From contig OZ024744.1 in NCBI GenBank assembly GCA_964016885.1, positions 19,034,001-19,098,000 of the forward strand: DNA of 64,000 bases, in the 5' to 3' direction. Under the pieces are notes generated by a model that made no database searches, was not told the DNA's origin, and worked only from the letters and a program-made list of their open reading frames with translations. Of this stretch, positions 29,301-41,700 are shown piece by piece; position 1 is the stretch's first letter; the number at the start of each line of letters is the position of its first letter. The stretch is from Eledone cirrhosa (lineage: Eukaryota). The position numbers and the translations under genes were made by a program.

Positions 29301-31400
29301 CTGTATGTCTGTGTCACTGTGTATGTCACTGTGTGTTTCTGTATGTATGTGTCACCGTGTATGTCACTGTATCTTTGTGTATGCCTGTGTCACTGTGTAT
29401 GTCACTGTGTGTTTCTGTATGTCTGTGTCACTGTGTATGTCACTGTGTGTTTCTGTATGTTTGTGTCACTGTGTATGTCACTAAATGTTTGTGTGTGTCT
29501 GTGTCTCTGTGTATTCACTGTGTGTTTGCGTGTGTCTGTGTCACTGTGTATGTCACTGTGTGTTTCTGTATGTCTGTGTGACTGTGTATGTCACTGTGTG
29601 TTTGTGTATGTCTGTGTCACTGTGTGTGTTTCTGTATGTCTGTATCACTGTGTATGTCACTGTATGTTTATGTATGTATGTGTCACTGTGTATGTCACTG
29701 TATCTTTGTGTATGTCTGTGTTACTCTGTATGTCACTGTCTGTTTCTATATGTCTGTGTCAATGTGTATGTCACTGTGTGTTTCTGTATGTCTGTCACTC
29801 TGTATGTCTCTGTATGTTTCTGTATGTCTGTTTCACTGTGTATGTCACTGTGTGTTTCTGTATGTCTGTGTCACTCTGTATGTCACTGTAATGTTTCTGA
29901 ACGTTTGTGTCACTGTGTATGTCACTGTGTGTTTGCGTGTGTCTGTGTCACTGTGTATGTCACTGTGTGTTTCTGTATGTCTGTGTGACTGTGTATGTCA
30001 CTCTGTGTTTGTGTATGTCTGTGTCACTGTGTGTGTTTCTGTATGTCTGTGTCACTGTGTATGTCATTGTATCTTTGTGTATGTATGTGTCACTGTGTAT
30101 GTCACTGTATCTTTGTGTATGTCACTGTGTGTTTCTGTATATCTGTGTCTCTGTGTATGTTACTGTATCTTTGTGTATATCTGTGTCACTGTGTATGTCG
30201 CTGTATATTTGTGTATGTCTGTGTCACGGTGTATATCACTGTATGTTTGTGTATGTCTGTGTCACTCTATATGTCACTGTATGTATGTGTCACTGTGTAT
30301 GTCAATGTGTGTTTCTGTATCTCTGTGTCACGGTGTATGTCACTGTATGTTTGTGTATGTCTGTTTGACTGTGTATGTCACTGTATGTTACTGTATGTCT
30401 GTGTCACTGTGTATGTCACTGTGTGTTTCTGTATGTCAGTGTCACTGTGTATGTCACTGTATCTTTGTGTATGTCTGTGTCACTGTGTATGTCACTGTGT
30501 GTTTCTGTATGTCTGTGTCACTGCCTATGTCACTGTATGTTTCTGAATGTCTGTGTAACTGTGTATATCACTGTGTGTTTCTGTATGTCTGTGTCACGGT
30601 GTATGTCACTGTATGTTTGTGTGTGTCTGTGTCACTGTGTGTGTTTTTGTATGTCTGTGTCACTGTGTATGTCATTGCATCTTTGTGTATGTCTGTGTCA
30701 CTCTGTATGTCACGGTGTGTTTCTGCATGTCTGTGTCACTGTGTATATCACTGTGTGTTTCTGTATGTCTGTGTCACTGTGTATGTCACTGTATATTTGT
30801 ATTTGTCTGTGTCACTGTGTAAGTCATTGTATCTTTGTGTATGTCTGTGACACTCTGTATGTCACTGTGTGTTTCTGTATGTATGTATCACTGTGTATGT
30901 CACTGTGTGTTTCTGTATGTCTGTGTCACTGTGTAAGTCATTGTATCTTTGTGTATGTCTGTGACATTCTGTATGTCAATGTGTGTTTCTGTATTATGTG
31001 TCTCTGTGTATGTCACAGTATCTTTGTGTATGTATGTGTCACTGTGTATGTCACTGTGTGTTTGTGTATGACTGTGTCACTGTGTATGTTACTGTGAGTT
31101 TCTGTATGTCTGTGTCACGGTGTATGTCACTGTATATTTTTGTATGTCTGTGTCAGTGTGTATGTCACTAGGTGTTTCTGTATGTCTGTGTCACAGCGTA
31201 TATCACTGTATCTTTATGTATGTCTGTGTCACTGTGTATGTCACTGTGAGTTTATGTATGTATGTGTCACTGTGTATGTCACAGTGTGTTTCTGTATGTC
31301 TGTGTCACTGTGTATGTCACTGTATCTCTCTGTATGTCTGTGTCACTGTCTATGTCACTGTATCTTTGTGTATGTCTGCGTCACTGTGTATGTCACTGTG
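14370..31400. repeat. Dispersed higher-order duplication: ~14370-17840 repeated at ~27780-31400 (offsets 13413, then 13565/13564)
   Basis: ORF pairs 14525/27938, 15184/28749, 16024/29588 and 17419/30983. The offset changes by 152 bp (4 monomers) and then by a 1-bp deletion at ~29514 (gtattcact). Confidence 0.85.
17930..27247. repeat. Head-to-tail tandem duplication of a ~4.65-kb unit (offset 4624, then 4662)
   Basis: Marker tatggctgt...gtatcattgt occurs at 17961 and 22585. ORF pairs 18074/22698 (4624), 19704/24366 and 21618/26280 (4662). The second copy has one extra 38-bp monomer near 23660-23697. Confidence 0.92.
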
Positions 31401-34400
31401 TGTTTCTGTATGTCTGTGTGACTGTGTATGCCACTGTGTGTTTCTGTATGTCTGTGTCACTGTGTATGTCACTGTGTGTTTCTGTATGTCTGTGTCACTG
31501 TGTATGTCACTGTATCTTTGTGTATGTCTGTGTCATTGTGTTTGTCACTGTGTGTTTCTGTATGTTTGTGTCACTGTGTATGTCACTGTGTGTTTCTGTA
31601 TATCTGTGTCACTGTGTATGTCACTCTATCTTTGTGTATGTCTGTGTCACGGTGTATATCACTGTATGTTTGTGTATGTCTGTGTCACTCTATATGTCAC
31701 TGTATGTATGTGTCACAGTGTATGTCAATGTGTGTTTCTGTATGTCTGTGTCACGGTGTATGTCACTGTATGTTTGTGTATGTCTGTTTGACTGTGTATG
31801 TCACTGTATGTTACTGTATGTCTGTGTCACTGTGTATGTCACTGTGTGTTTCTGTATGTCTGTGTCACTGTGTATGTCACTGTATCTTTGTGTATGCCTG
31901 TGTCACTGTGTATGTCACTGTGTGTTTCTGTATGCCTGTGTCACTGTCTATGTCACTGTATGTTTCTGAATATCTGTGTAACTGTGTATGTCATGTGTGT
32001 TTCTGTATGTCTGTGTCACGGTGTATGTCACTGTATGTTAGTGTGTGTCTGTGTCACTGTGTATGTCACTGTGTGTTTCTGTATGTCTGTGTCACCGTGT
32101 ATGTCAGTGTATCTTTGTGTATTCCTGTGTCACTGTGTATGTCACTGTGTGTTTCTGTATGTCTGTGTGACTGTGTATGTCACTGTGTGTTTGTGTATGT
32201 CTGTGACACTGTATGTTTCTGTATGTCTGTTTCACTGTGTATGTCACTGTGTGTTTCCGTATGTATGTGTCACCGTGTATGTCACTGTATATTTGTGTAT
32301 GCCTTTGTCACTGTGTATGTCACTGTGTGTTTCTGTATGTCTGTGTCACTGTGTATGTCATTGTGTGTTTCTGTATGTTTGTGTCACTGTGTATGTCACT
32401 AAATGTTTGTGTGTGTCTGTGTCTCTGTGTATGTCACTGTGTGTTTGCGTGTGTCTGTGTCACTGTGTATGTCACTGTGTGTTTCTGTATGTCTGTGTGA
32501 CTGTGTATGTCACTCTGTGTTTGTGTATGTCTGTGTCAATGTGTGTGTTTCTGTATGTCTGTGTCACTGTGTATGTCATTGTATATTTGTGTATGTATGT
32601 GTGACTGTGTATGTCACTGTGTGTTTGTGTATACCTGTGTCACTGTGTATGTTACTGTGAGTTTCTGTATGTCTGTGTCACTGTGTATGTCACTGTATAT
32701 TTCTGTATGTTTGTGTCAGTGTGTATGTCACTGGGTGATTCTGTATGTCTGTGTCACACTGTATATCACTGTATCTTTGTGTAGGTCTGTGTCACCGTGT
32801 ATGTCACTGTATCTTTATGTATGTCTGTGTCACTGTATATGTCACTGTATTTTTGTGTATGTCTACGTCACTGTGTATGTCACTGTGTGTTTCTGTATAT
32901 CTGTGTCTTTTTGTATGTCACTGTACCTTTGTGTATGTCTGTGTCACTGTGTATGTCACTGTGTGTTTCTGTATGTCTGTGTCACTGTGTATGTCACTGT
33001 GTGTTTCTGTGTATATGTGTCTGTGTATGTCACTGTATCTTTGTGTATGTCTGTGTCACTGTGTATGTCACTATATCTTTGTGTATGTCGGTGTCACCGT
33101 GTATGTCACTGTAACGTTGTGTATCTCTGTGTCACTGTGTATGTCACTGTATATGTGTGTATGTCTGTGTCACTGTGTATGTCACTGTGAGTTTCTGTAT
33201 GTCTGTGTCACTGTGTATGTCACTGTATGTCTCTGTATGTCTGTGTCACTGTCTATGTCACTGTATCTTTGTGTATGTATGTGTCACTATGTATGTCACT
33301 GTGTGTTTATGTATGTCTGTGTCTCTGTATATGTCACTGTATCTTTGTGTATGTCTGCGTCACTGTGTATGTCACTGTATATTTGTGTATGTCTGTGTCA
33401 CTGTGTGTTTCTGTATGTGTGTGTCACTGTGTATGTCACTGTGTGTTTGTGTATGTCTGTGTCACTGTATGTTTGTGTATGTCTGTGTCACTGTGTACGT
33501 CACTGTGTGTTTCTGTATGTCTGTGTCACTGTGTATGTCATTGTATCTTTCTGTATGTCTGTGTCACTGTGTATGTCACTGTATGTTTCTGTATGTCTGT
33601 GTCACTGTGTATGTCACTGTTTGTTTGTGTATGTCTGTGTCACTGTGTATGTCATTGCATCTTTGTGTATGTCTGTGTCGCTATGTATGTCACTGTGTGT
33701 TTCTGCATGTCTGTGTCACTCTGTATGTCACTGTGTGTTTCTGTATGTCTGTGTCAATGTGTATGTCACTCTATGTTTCTGTATGTCTGTTTCACTGTGT
33801 ATATCACTGTGTGTTTCTGTATGGCTGTGTCACTGTATATGTCACTGTATCTTTGTGTATGCCTGTGTCACTGTCTATGTCACTGTATGTTTCTGTATGT
33901 CTGTTTCACTGTGTATGTCACTGTATATTTGTGTATGTCTGTGTCACTCTGTATGTCACTGTGTGTTTCTGTATGTCTGTGTCACTATGTATGCCACTGT
34001 ATGTTTGTGTTGTCTGTGTCATTGTGTATGTCACTGGGTGTTTCTGTATGTCTGTGTCACTGTGTATGTCACTGTGTGTTTCTGTATATCTGTGTCTCTG
34101 TGTATGTCACTGTATGTTTCTGTATGTCTGTTTCATTGTGTATGTCACTGTATATTTCTGTATGTCTGTGTCACTGTGTATGTCACTGTATGTTTCTGTA
34201 TGTCTGTGTCACTGTGTATGTCACTGTATGTTTCTGTATGTCTGTGTCACTGTGTATGTCACTGTATCTTTGTGTATGTCTCTGTCCCTGTGTATGTCAC
34301 TGTATGTTTCCGTATGTTTGTGTCACTTTGTATGTCACTGTGTGTTTCTGTATGTCTGTGTCACTGTGTATGTCACTGTGTGTTTATGTATGTTTGTGTC

Positions 34401-37400
34401 ACTGTGTATGTCACTAAATGTTTGTGTGTGTCTTTGTCTCTGTGTATGTCACTGTTTGTTTGCGTGTGTCTGTGTCACTGTGTATGTCACTGTGTGTTTC
34501 TGTATGTCTGTGTGACTGTGTATGTCATTGTGTGTTTCTGTATGTCTGTGCCACTGTATGTTTCTCTATGTCTGTGTCACTGTGTATCTCATTGTGTGTT
34601 TCTGTATGTATGTGTCACCGTGTATGTCACTGTATCTTTGTGTATGCCTGTGTCACTGTGTATGTCACTGTGTGTTTCTGTATGTTTGTGTCACTGTGTA
34701 TGTCATTAAATGTTTGTGTGTGTCTGTGTCTCTGTGTGTGTAACTGTGTGTTTGCCTGTGTCTGTGTCACTGTGTATGTCACTGTGTGTTTCGGTATGTC
34801 TGTGTCACTGTGTATACCACTGTCTGTTTGTGTATGTCTGTGTCACTGTGTGTATATGTATTTCTGTGTCTCTGTGTATGCCACTGTATCTTTGTGTATG
34901 TCTGCGTCACTGTGTATGTCACTGTGTGTTTCTGTATGTCTGTGTCACTGTGTATGTCACAGTGTGTTTCTGTATATATGTGTTTCTGTGTATGTCACTG
35001 TATCTTTGTGTATGTCTGTGTCACTGTGTGTTTCTGTATGTCTATGTCACTGTGTATGTCACTGTATGTTTGTGTGTGTCTGTGTCACTGTGTATGTCAC
35101 TGTGTGTTTCTGTATGTCTGTGTCACTGTATGTTTCTATATGTCTGTGTCACTGTGTATGTCACTGTGTGTTTGTGTGTGTCTGTGTCACTGTGTATGTC
35201 ACTGTGTGTTTGTGTATGTCTGTGTCACTGTATGTTTCTGTATGTATGTGTCACTGTGTATGTCACCGTATGTGTGTGTATGTCTGTGTCACGGTGTATG
35301 TCACTGTATATTTGTGTATGCCTGTGTCACTGTGTATGTCACTGTGTGTTTCTGTATGTCTGTGTCACTGTGTATGTCACTGTATGTTTGTGTGTGTCTG
35401 TGTCACTGTGTATGTCAATGTCTCTGTGTGTTTCTGTATGTCTGTGTCTCTGTGTATGTCACTGTATCTTTGTGTATGTATGTGTCACTGTGTATGTGAC
35501 TGTGTGTTTCTGTATGTCTGTGTCACTGTGTATATCACTGTGTGTTTCTGTATATCTGTATCTCTGTGTATGTCACTGTATCTTTGTGTATGTCTGGGTC
35601 ACTGTGTATGTCACTGTATATTTGTGTATGTCTGTGTCACGGTGTATATCACTGTATGTTTGTGTATGTCTGTGTCACTGTGTATGTCACTGTGTGTTTC
35701 TGTATGTCTGTGTCACTGTGTATATCAATGTGTGTTTCTGTATCTCTGTGTCACGGTGTATGTCACTGCATGTTTGTGTATGTCTGTGTCACTGTCTATG
35801 TCACTGTATGTTTCTGAATGTCTGTGTCACTGTGTATGTCACTGTGTGTTTCTGTATGTCTGTGTCACGGTGTATGTCACTGTATGTTTGTGTGTGTCTG
35901 TGTCACTGTGTATGTCACTGTGTGTTTGTGTATGTCTATGTCACTGTATGTTTCTGTATGTCTGTGTCACTGTGTATGTCTGTGTCACTGTGTAAGTCAT
36001 TGTATCTTTGTGTATGTATGTGACACTCTGTATGTCAATGTGTGTTTCTGTATTATGTGTCTCTGTGTATGTCACAGTATCTTTGTGTATGTATGTGTCA
36101 CTGTGTATGTCACTGTGTGTTTGTGTATGACTGTGTCACTGTGTATGTTACTGTGAGTTTCTGTATGTCTGTGTCACGGTGTATGTCACTGTATATTTTT
36201 GTATGTCTGTGTCAGTGTGTATGTCACTAGGTGTTTCTGTATGTCTGTGTCACAGCGTATATCACTGTATCTTTATGTATGTCTGTGTCACTGTGTATGT
36301 CACTGTGAGTTTATGTATGTATGTGTCACTGTGTATGTCACAGTGTGTTTCTGTATGTCTGTGTCACTGTGTATGTCACTGTATCTCTCTGTATGTCTGT
36401 GTCACTGTCTATGTCACTGTATCTTTGTGTATGTCTGCGTCACTGTGTATGTCACTGTGTGTTTCTGTATGTCTGTGTCTCTGTGTATGTCACTGTATCT
36501 TTGTGTATGTCTGTGTCACTGTGTATGTCACTGTGTGTTTCTGTATGTCTGTGTGACTGTGTATGTCACTGTGTGTTTCTGTATGTCTGTGTCACTGTGT
36601 ATGTCACTGTGTGTTTCTGTATGTCTGTGTCACTGTGTATGTCACTGTATCTTTGTGTATGTCTGTGTCATTGTGTTTGTCACTGTGTGTTTCTGTATGT
36701 TTGTGTCACTGTGTATGTCACTGTGTGTTTCTGTATATCTGTGTCACTGTGTATGTCACTCTATCTTTGTGTATGTCTGTGTCACGGTGTATATCACTGT
36801 ATGTTTGTGTATGTCTGTGTCACTCTATATGTCACTGTATGTATGTGTCACAGTGTATGTCAATGTGTGTTTCTGTATCTCTGTGTCACGGTGTATGTCA
36901 CTGTGTGTTTGTGTATGTCTGTTTGACTGTGTATGTCACTGTATATTACTGTATGTCTGTGTCACTGTGTATGTCACTGTGTGTTTCTGTATGTCTGTGT
37001 CACTGTGTATGTCACTGTATCTTTGTGTATGCCTGTGTCACTGTGTATGTCACTGTGTGTTTCTGTATGCCTGTGTCACTGTCTATGTCACTGTATGTTT
37101 CTGAATGTCTGTGTAACTGTGTATGTCATGTGTGTTTCTGTATGTCTGTGTCACGGTGTATGTCTCTGTATGTTAGTGTGTGTCTGTGTCACTGTGTATG
37201 TCACTGTGTGTTTCTGTATGTCTGTGTCACCGTGTATGTCAGTGTATCTTTGTGTATTCCTGTGTCACTGTGTATGTCACTGTGTGTTTCTGTATGTCTG
37301 TGTGACTGTGTATGTCACTGTGTGTTTGTGTATGTCTGTGACACTGTATGTTTCTGTATGTCTGTTTCACTGTGTATGTCACTGTGTGTTTCTGTATGTA

Positions 37401-38470
37401 TGTGTCACCGTGTATGTCACTGTATATTTGTGTATGCCTTTGTCACTGTGTATGTCACTGTGTGTTTCTGTATGTCTGTGTCACTGTGTATGTCATTGTG
37501 TGTTTCTGTATGTTTGTGTCACTGTGTATGTCACTAAATGTTTGTGTGTGTCTGTGTCTCTGTGTATGTCACTGTGTGTTTGCGTGTGTCTGTGTCACTG
37601 TGTATGTCACTGTGTGTTTCTGTATGTCTGTGTGACTGTGTATGTCACTCTGTGTTTGTGTATGTCTGTGTCAATGTGTGTGTTTCTGTATGTCTGTGTC
37701 ACTGTGTATGTCATTGTATATTTGTGTATGTATGTGTGACTGTGTATGTCACTGTGTGTTTGTGTATACCTGTGTCACTGTGTATGTTACTGTGAGTTTC
37801 TGTATGTCTGTGTCACTGTGTATGTCACTGTATATTTCTGTATGTTTGTGTCAGTGTGTATGTCACTGGGTGATTCTGTATGTCTGTGTCACACTGTATA
37901 TCACTGTATCTTTGTGTAGGTCTGTGTCACCGTGTATGTCACTGTATCTTTATGTATGTCTGTGTCACTGTATATGTCACTGTATTTTTGTGTATGTCTA
38001 CGTCACTGTGTATGTCACTGTGTGTTTCTGTATATCTGTGTCTTTTTGTATGTCACTGTACCTTTGTGTATGTCTGTGTCACTGTGTATGTCACTGTGTG
38101 TTTCTGTATGTCTGTGTCACTGTGTATGTCACTGTGTGTTTCTGTGTATATGTGTCTGTGTATGTCACTGTATCTTTGTGTATGTCTGTGTCACTGTGTA
38201 TGTCACTATGTCTTTGTGTATGTCGGTGTCACCGTGTATGTCACTGTAACGTTGTGTATCTCTGTGTCACTGTGTATGTCACTGTATCTGTGTGTATGTC
38301 TGTGTCACTGTGTATGTCACTGTGAGTTTCTGTGTGTCTGTGTCACTGTGTATGTCACTGTATGTCTCTGTATGTCTGTGTCACTGTCTATGTCACTGTA
38401 TCTTTGTGTATGTCTGTGTCACTATGTATGTCACTGTGTGTTTATGTATGTCTGTGTCTCTGTATATGTC
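30930..38470. repeat. Higher-order duplication: ~30930-33340 repeated at ~35990-38470 (offsets 5059, then 5135)
   Basis: ORF pairs 30983/36042, 31798/36933, 32507/37642 and 33157/38292. Shared markers gttagtgt, gtattcct, ctgggtgatt and gtaacgtt. The offset step of 76 bp equals 2 monomers. Confidence 0.88.
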
Positions 38471-41400
38471 ACTGTATGTTTGTGTATGTCTGTGTCACTG
38501 TGTGTTTCTGTATGTGTGTGTCACTGTGTATATCACTGTATGTTTGTGTGTGTCTGTGTCACTGGGTATGTCAGTGTGTTTGCCTGTGTCTGTGTCACTG
38601 TGTATGTCACTGTGTGTTTCGGTATGTCTGTGTCACTGTGTATACCACTGTCTGTTTGTGTATGTCTGTGTCACTGTGTGTATATGTATTTCTGTGTCTC
38701 TGTGTATGCCACTGTATCTTTGTGTATGTCTGCGTCACTGTGTATGTCACTGTGTGTTTCTGTATGTCTGTGTCACTGTGTATGTCACAGTGTGTTTCTG
38801 TATATATGTGTTTCTGTGTATGTCACTGTATCTTTGTGTATGTCTGTGTCACTGTGTGTTTCTGTATATCTATGTCACTGTGTATGTCACTGTATGTTTG
38901 TGTGTGTCTGTGTCACTGTGTATGTCACTGTGTGTTTCTGTATGTCTGTGTCACTGTATGTTTCTATATGTCTGTGTCACTGTGTATGTCACTGTGTGTT
39001 TGTGTGTGTCTGTGTCACTGTGTATGTCACTGTGTGTTTGTGTATGTCTGTGTCACTGTATGTTTCTGTATGTATGTGTCACTGTGTATGTCACCGTATG
39101 TGTGTGTATGTCTGTGTCACGGTGTATGTCACTGTATCTTTGTGTATGCCTGTGTCACTGTGTATGTCACTGTGTGTTTCTGTATGTCTGTGTCACTGTG
39201 TATGTCACTGTATGTTTGTGTGTGTCTGTGTCACTGTGTATGTCAATGTCTCTGTGTGTTTCTGTATGTCTGTGTCTCTGTGTATGTCACTGTATCTTTG
39301 TGTATGTATGTGTCACTGTGTATGTCACTGTGTGTTTCTGTATGTCTGTGTCACTGTGTATATCACTGTGTGTTTCTGTATATCTGTATCTCTGTGTATG
39401 TCACTGTATCTTTGTGTATGTCTGGGTCACTGTGTATGTCACTGTATATTTGTGTATGTCTGTGTCACGGTGTATATCACTGTATGTTTGTGTATGTCTG
39501 TGTCACTGTGTATGTCACTGTGTGTTTCTGTATGTCTGTGTCACTGTGTATATCAATGTGTGTTTCTGTATCTCTGTGTCACGGTGTATGTCACTGCATG
39601 TTTGTGTATGTCTGTGTGACTGTGTATGTCACTGTGTGTTTCTGTATGGCTGTGTCACTGTGTATGTCACTGTATCTTTGTGTATGTCTGTGTCACTGTG
39701 TATGTCACAGTGTGTTTCTGTATGTCTGTGTCACTGTCTATGTCACTGTATGTTTCTGAATGTCTGTGTCACTGTGTATGTCACTGTGTGTTTCTGTATG
39801 TCTGTGTCACGGTGTATGTCACTGTATGTTTGTGTGTGTCTGTGTCACTTTGTATGTCACTGTGTGTTTGTGTATGTCTATGTCACTGTATGTTTCTGTA
39901 TGTCTGTGTCACTGTGTATGTCATTGTATATTTGTGTATGTCTGTGTCACTGTGTATGTCGCTGTATGTTTCTGTATGTTTGTGTCATTGTGTATGTCAC
40001 TGTGTGTTTCTGTATGTCTGTTTCACTGTGTATGTCACTGTGTCTTTATGTATGTCTGTGTCACTCTGTATGTCACTGTATATTTCTGTATGTCTGTGTC
40101 ACTGTGTATGTCACTGTATGTTTCTGTATGTCTGTGTCACTGTGTATGTCACTGTATGTTTCTGTATGTCTGTGTCACTGTGTATGTCACTGTATCTTTG
40201 TGTATGTCTCTGTCCCTGTGTATGTCACTGTATGTTTCTGTATGTTTGTGTCACTTTGTATGTCACTGTGTGTTTCTGTATGTCTGTGTCACTGTGTATG
40301 TCACTGTGTGTTTATGTATGTTTGTGTCACTGTGTATGTCACTAAATGTTTGTGTGTGTCTTTGTCTCTGTGTATGTCACTGTTTGTTTGCGTGTGTCTG
40401 TGTCACTGTGTATGTCACTGTGTGTTTCTGTATGACTGTGTGACTGTGTATGTCATTGTGTGTTTCTGTATGTCTGTGCCACTGTATGTTTCTCTATGTC
40501 TGTGTCACTGTGTATCTCACTGTGTGTTTCTGTATGTATGTGTCACCGTGTATGTCACTGTATCTTTGTGTATGTCTGTGTCACTGTGTATGTCACTGTG
40601 TGTTTCTGTATGTTTGTGTCACTGTGTATGTCACTAAATGTTTGTGTGTGTCTGTGTCTCTGTGTGTGTAACTGTGTGTTTGCCTGTGTCTGTGTCACTG
40701 TGTATGTCACTGTGTGTTTCGGTATGTCTGTGTCACTGTGTACACCACTGTCTGTTTGTGTATGTCTGTGTCACTGTGTGTATATGTATTTCTGTGTCTC
40801 TGTGTATGCCACTGTATCTTTGTGTATGTCTGCGTCACTGTGTATGTCACTGTGTGTTTCTGTATGTCTGTGTCACTGTGTATGTCACAGTGTGTTTCTG
40901 TATATATGTGTTTCTGTGTATGTCACTGTATCTTTGTGTATGTCTGTGTCACTGTGTGTTTCTGTATGTCTATGTCACTGTGTATGTCACTGTATGTTTG
41001 TGTGTGTCTGTGTCACTGTGTATGTCACTGTGTGTTTCTGTATGTCTGTGTCACTGTATGTTTCTATATGTCTGTGTCACTGTGTATGTCACTGTGTGTT
41101 TGTGTGTGTCTGTGTCACTGTGTATGTCACTGTGTGTTTGTGTATGTCTGTGTCACTGTATGTTTCTGTATGTATGTGTCACTGTGTATGTCACCGTATG
41201 TGTGTGTATGTCTGTGTCACGGTGTATGTCACTGTATCTTTGTGTATGCCTGTGTCACTGTGTATGTCACTGTGTGTTTCTGTATGTCTGTGTCACTATG
41301 TATGTCACTGTATGTTTGTGTGTGTCTGTGTCACTGTGTATGTCAATGTCTCTGTGTGTTTCTGTATGTCTGTGTCTCTGTGTATGTCACTGTATCTTTG

Positions 41401-41700
41401 TGTATGTATGTGTCACTGTGTATGTCACTGTGTGTTTCTGTATGTCTGTGTCACTGTGTATATCACTGTGTGTTTCTGTATATCTGTATCTCTGTGTATG
41501 TCACTGTATCTTTGTGTATGTCTGGGTCACTGTGTATGTCACTGTATATTTGTGTATGTCTGTGTCACGGTGTATATCACTGTATGTTTGTGTATGTCTG
41601 TGTCACTGTGTATGTCACTGTGTGTTTCTGTATGTCTGTGTCACTGTGTATATCAATGTGTGTTTCTGTATCTCTGTGTCACGGTGTATGTCACTGCATG
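34150..41700. repeat. Triplicated block: ~34745-35790, ~38575-39600 and ~40675-41700 (offsets 3828, 2100, 5928); the first and third copies share a further ~0.6 kb upstream
   Basis: Marker tttgcctgtgtct...tttcggtat...ccactgtct has its gcct at 34754, 38582 and 40682. Sequence lines 38581-39600 and 40681-41700 are nearly identical. Confidence 0.88.
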
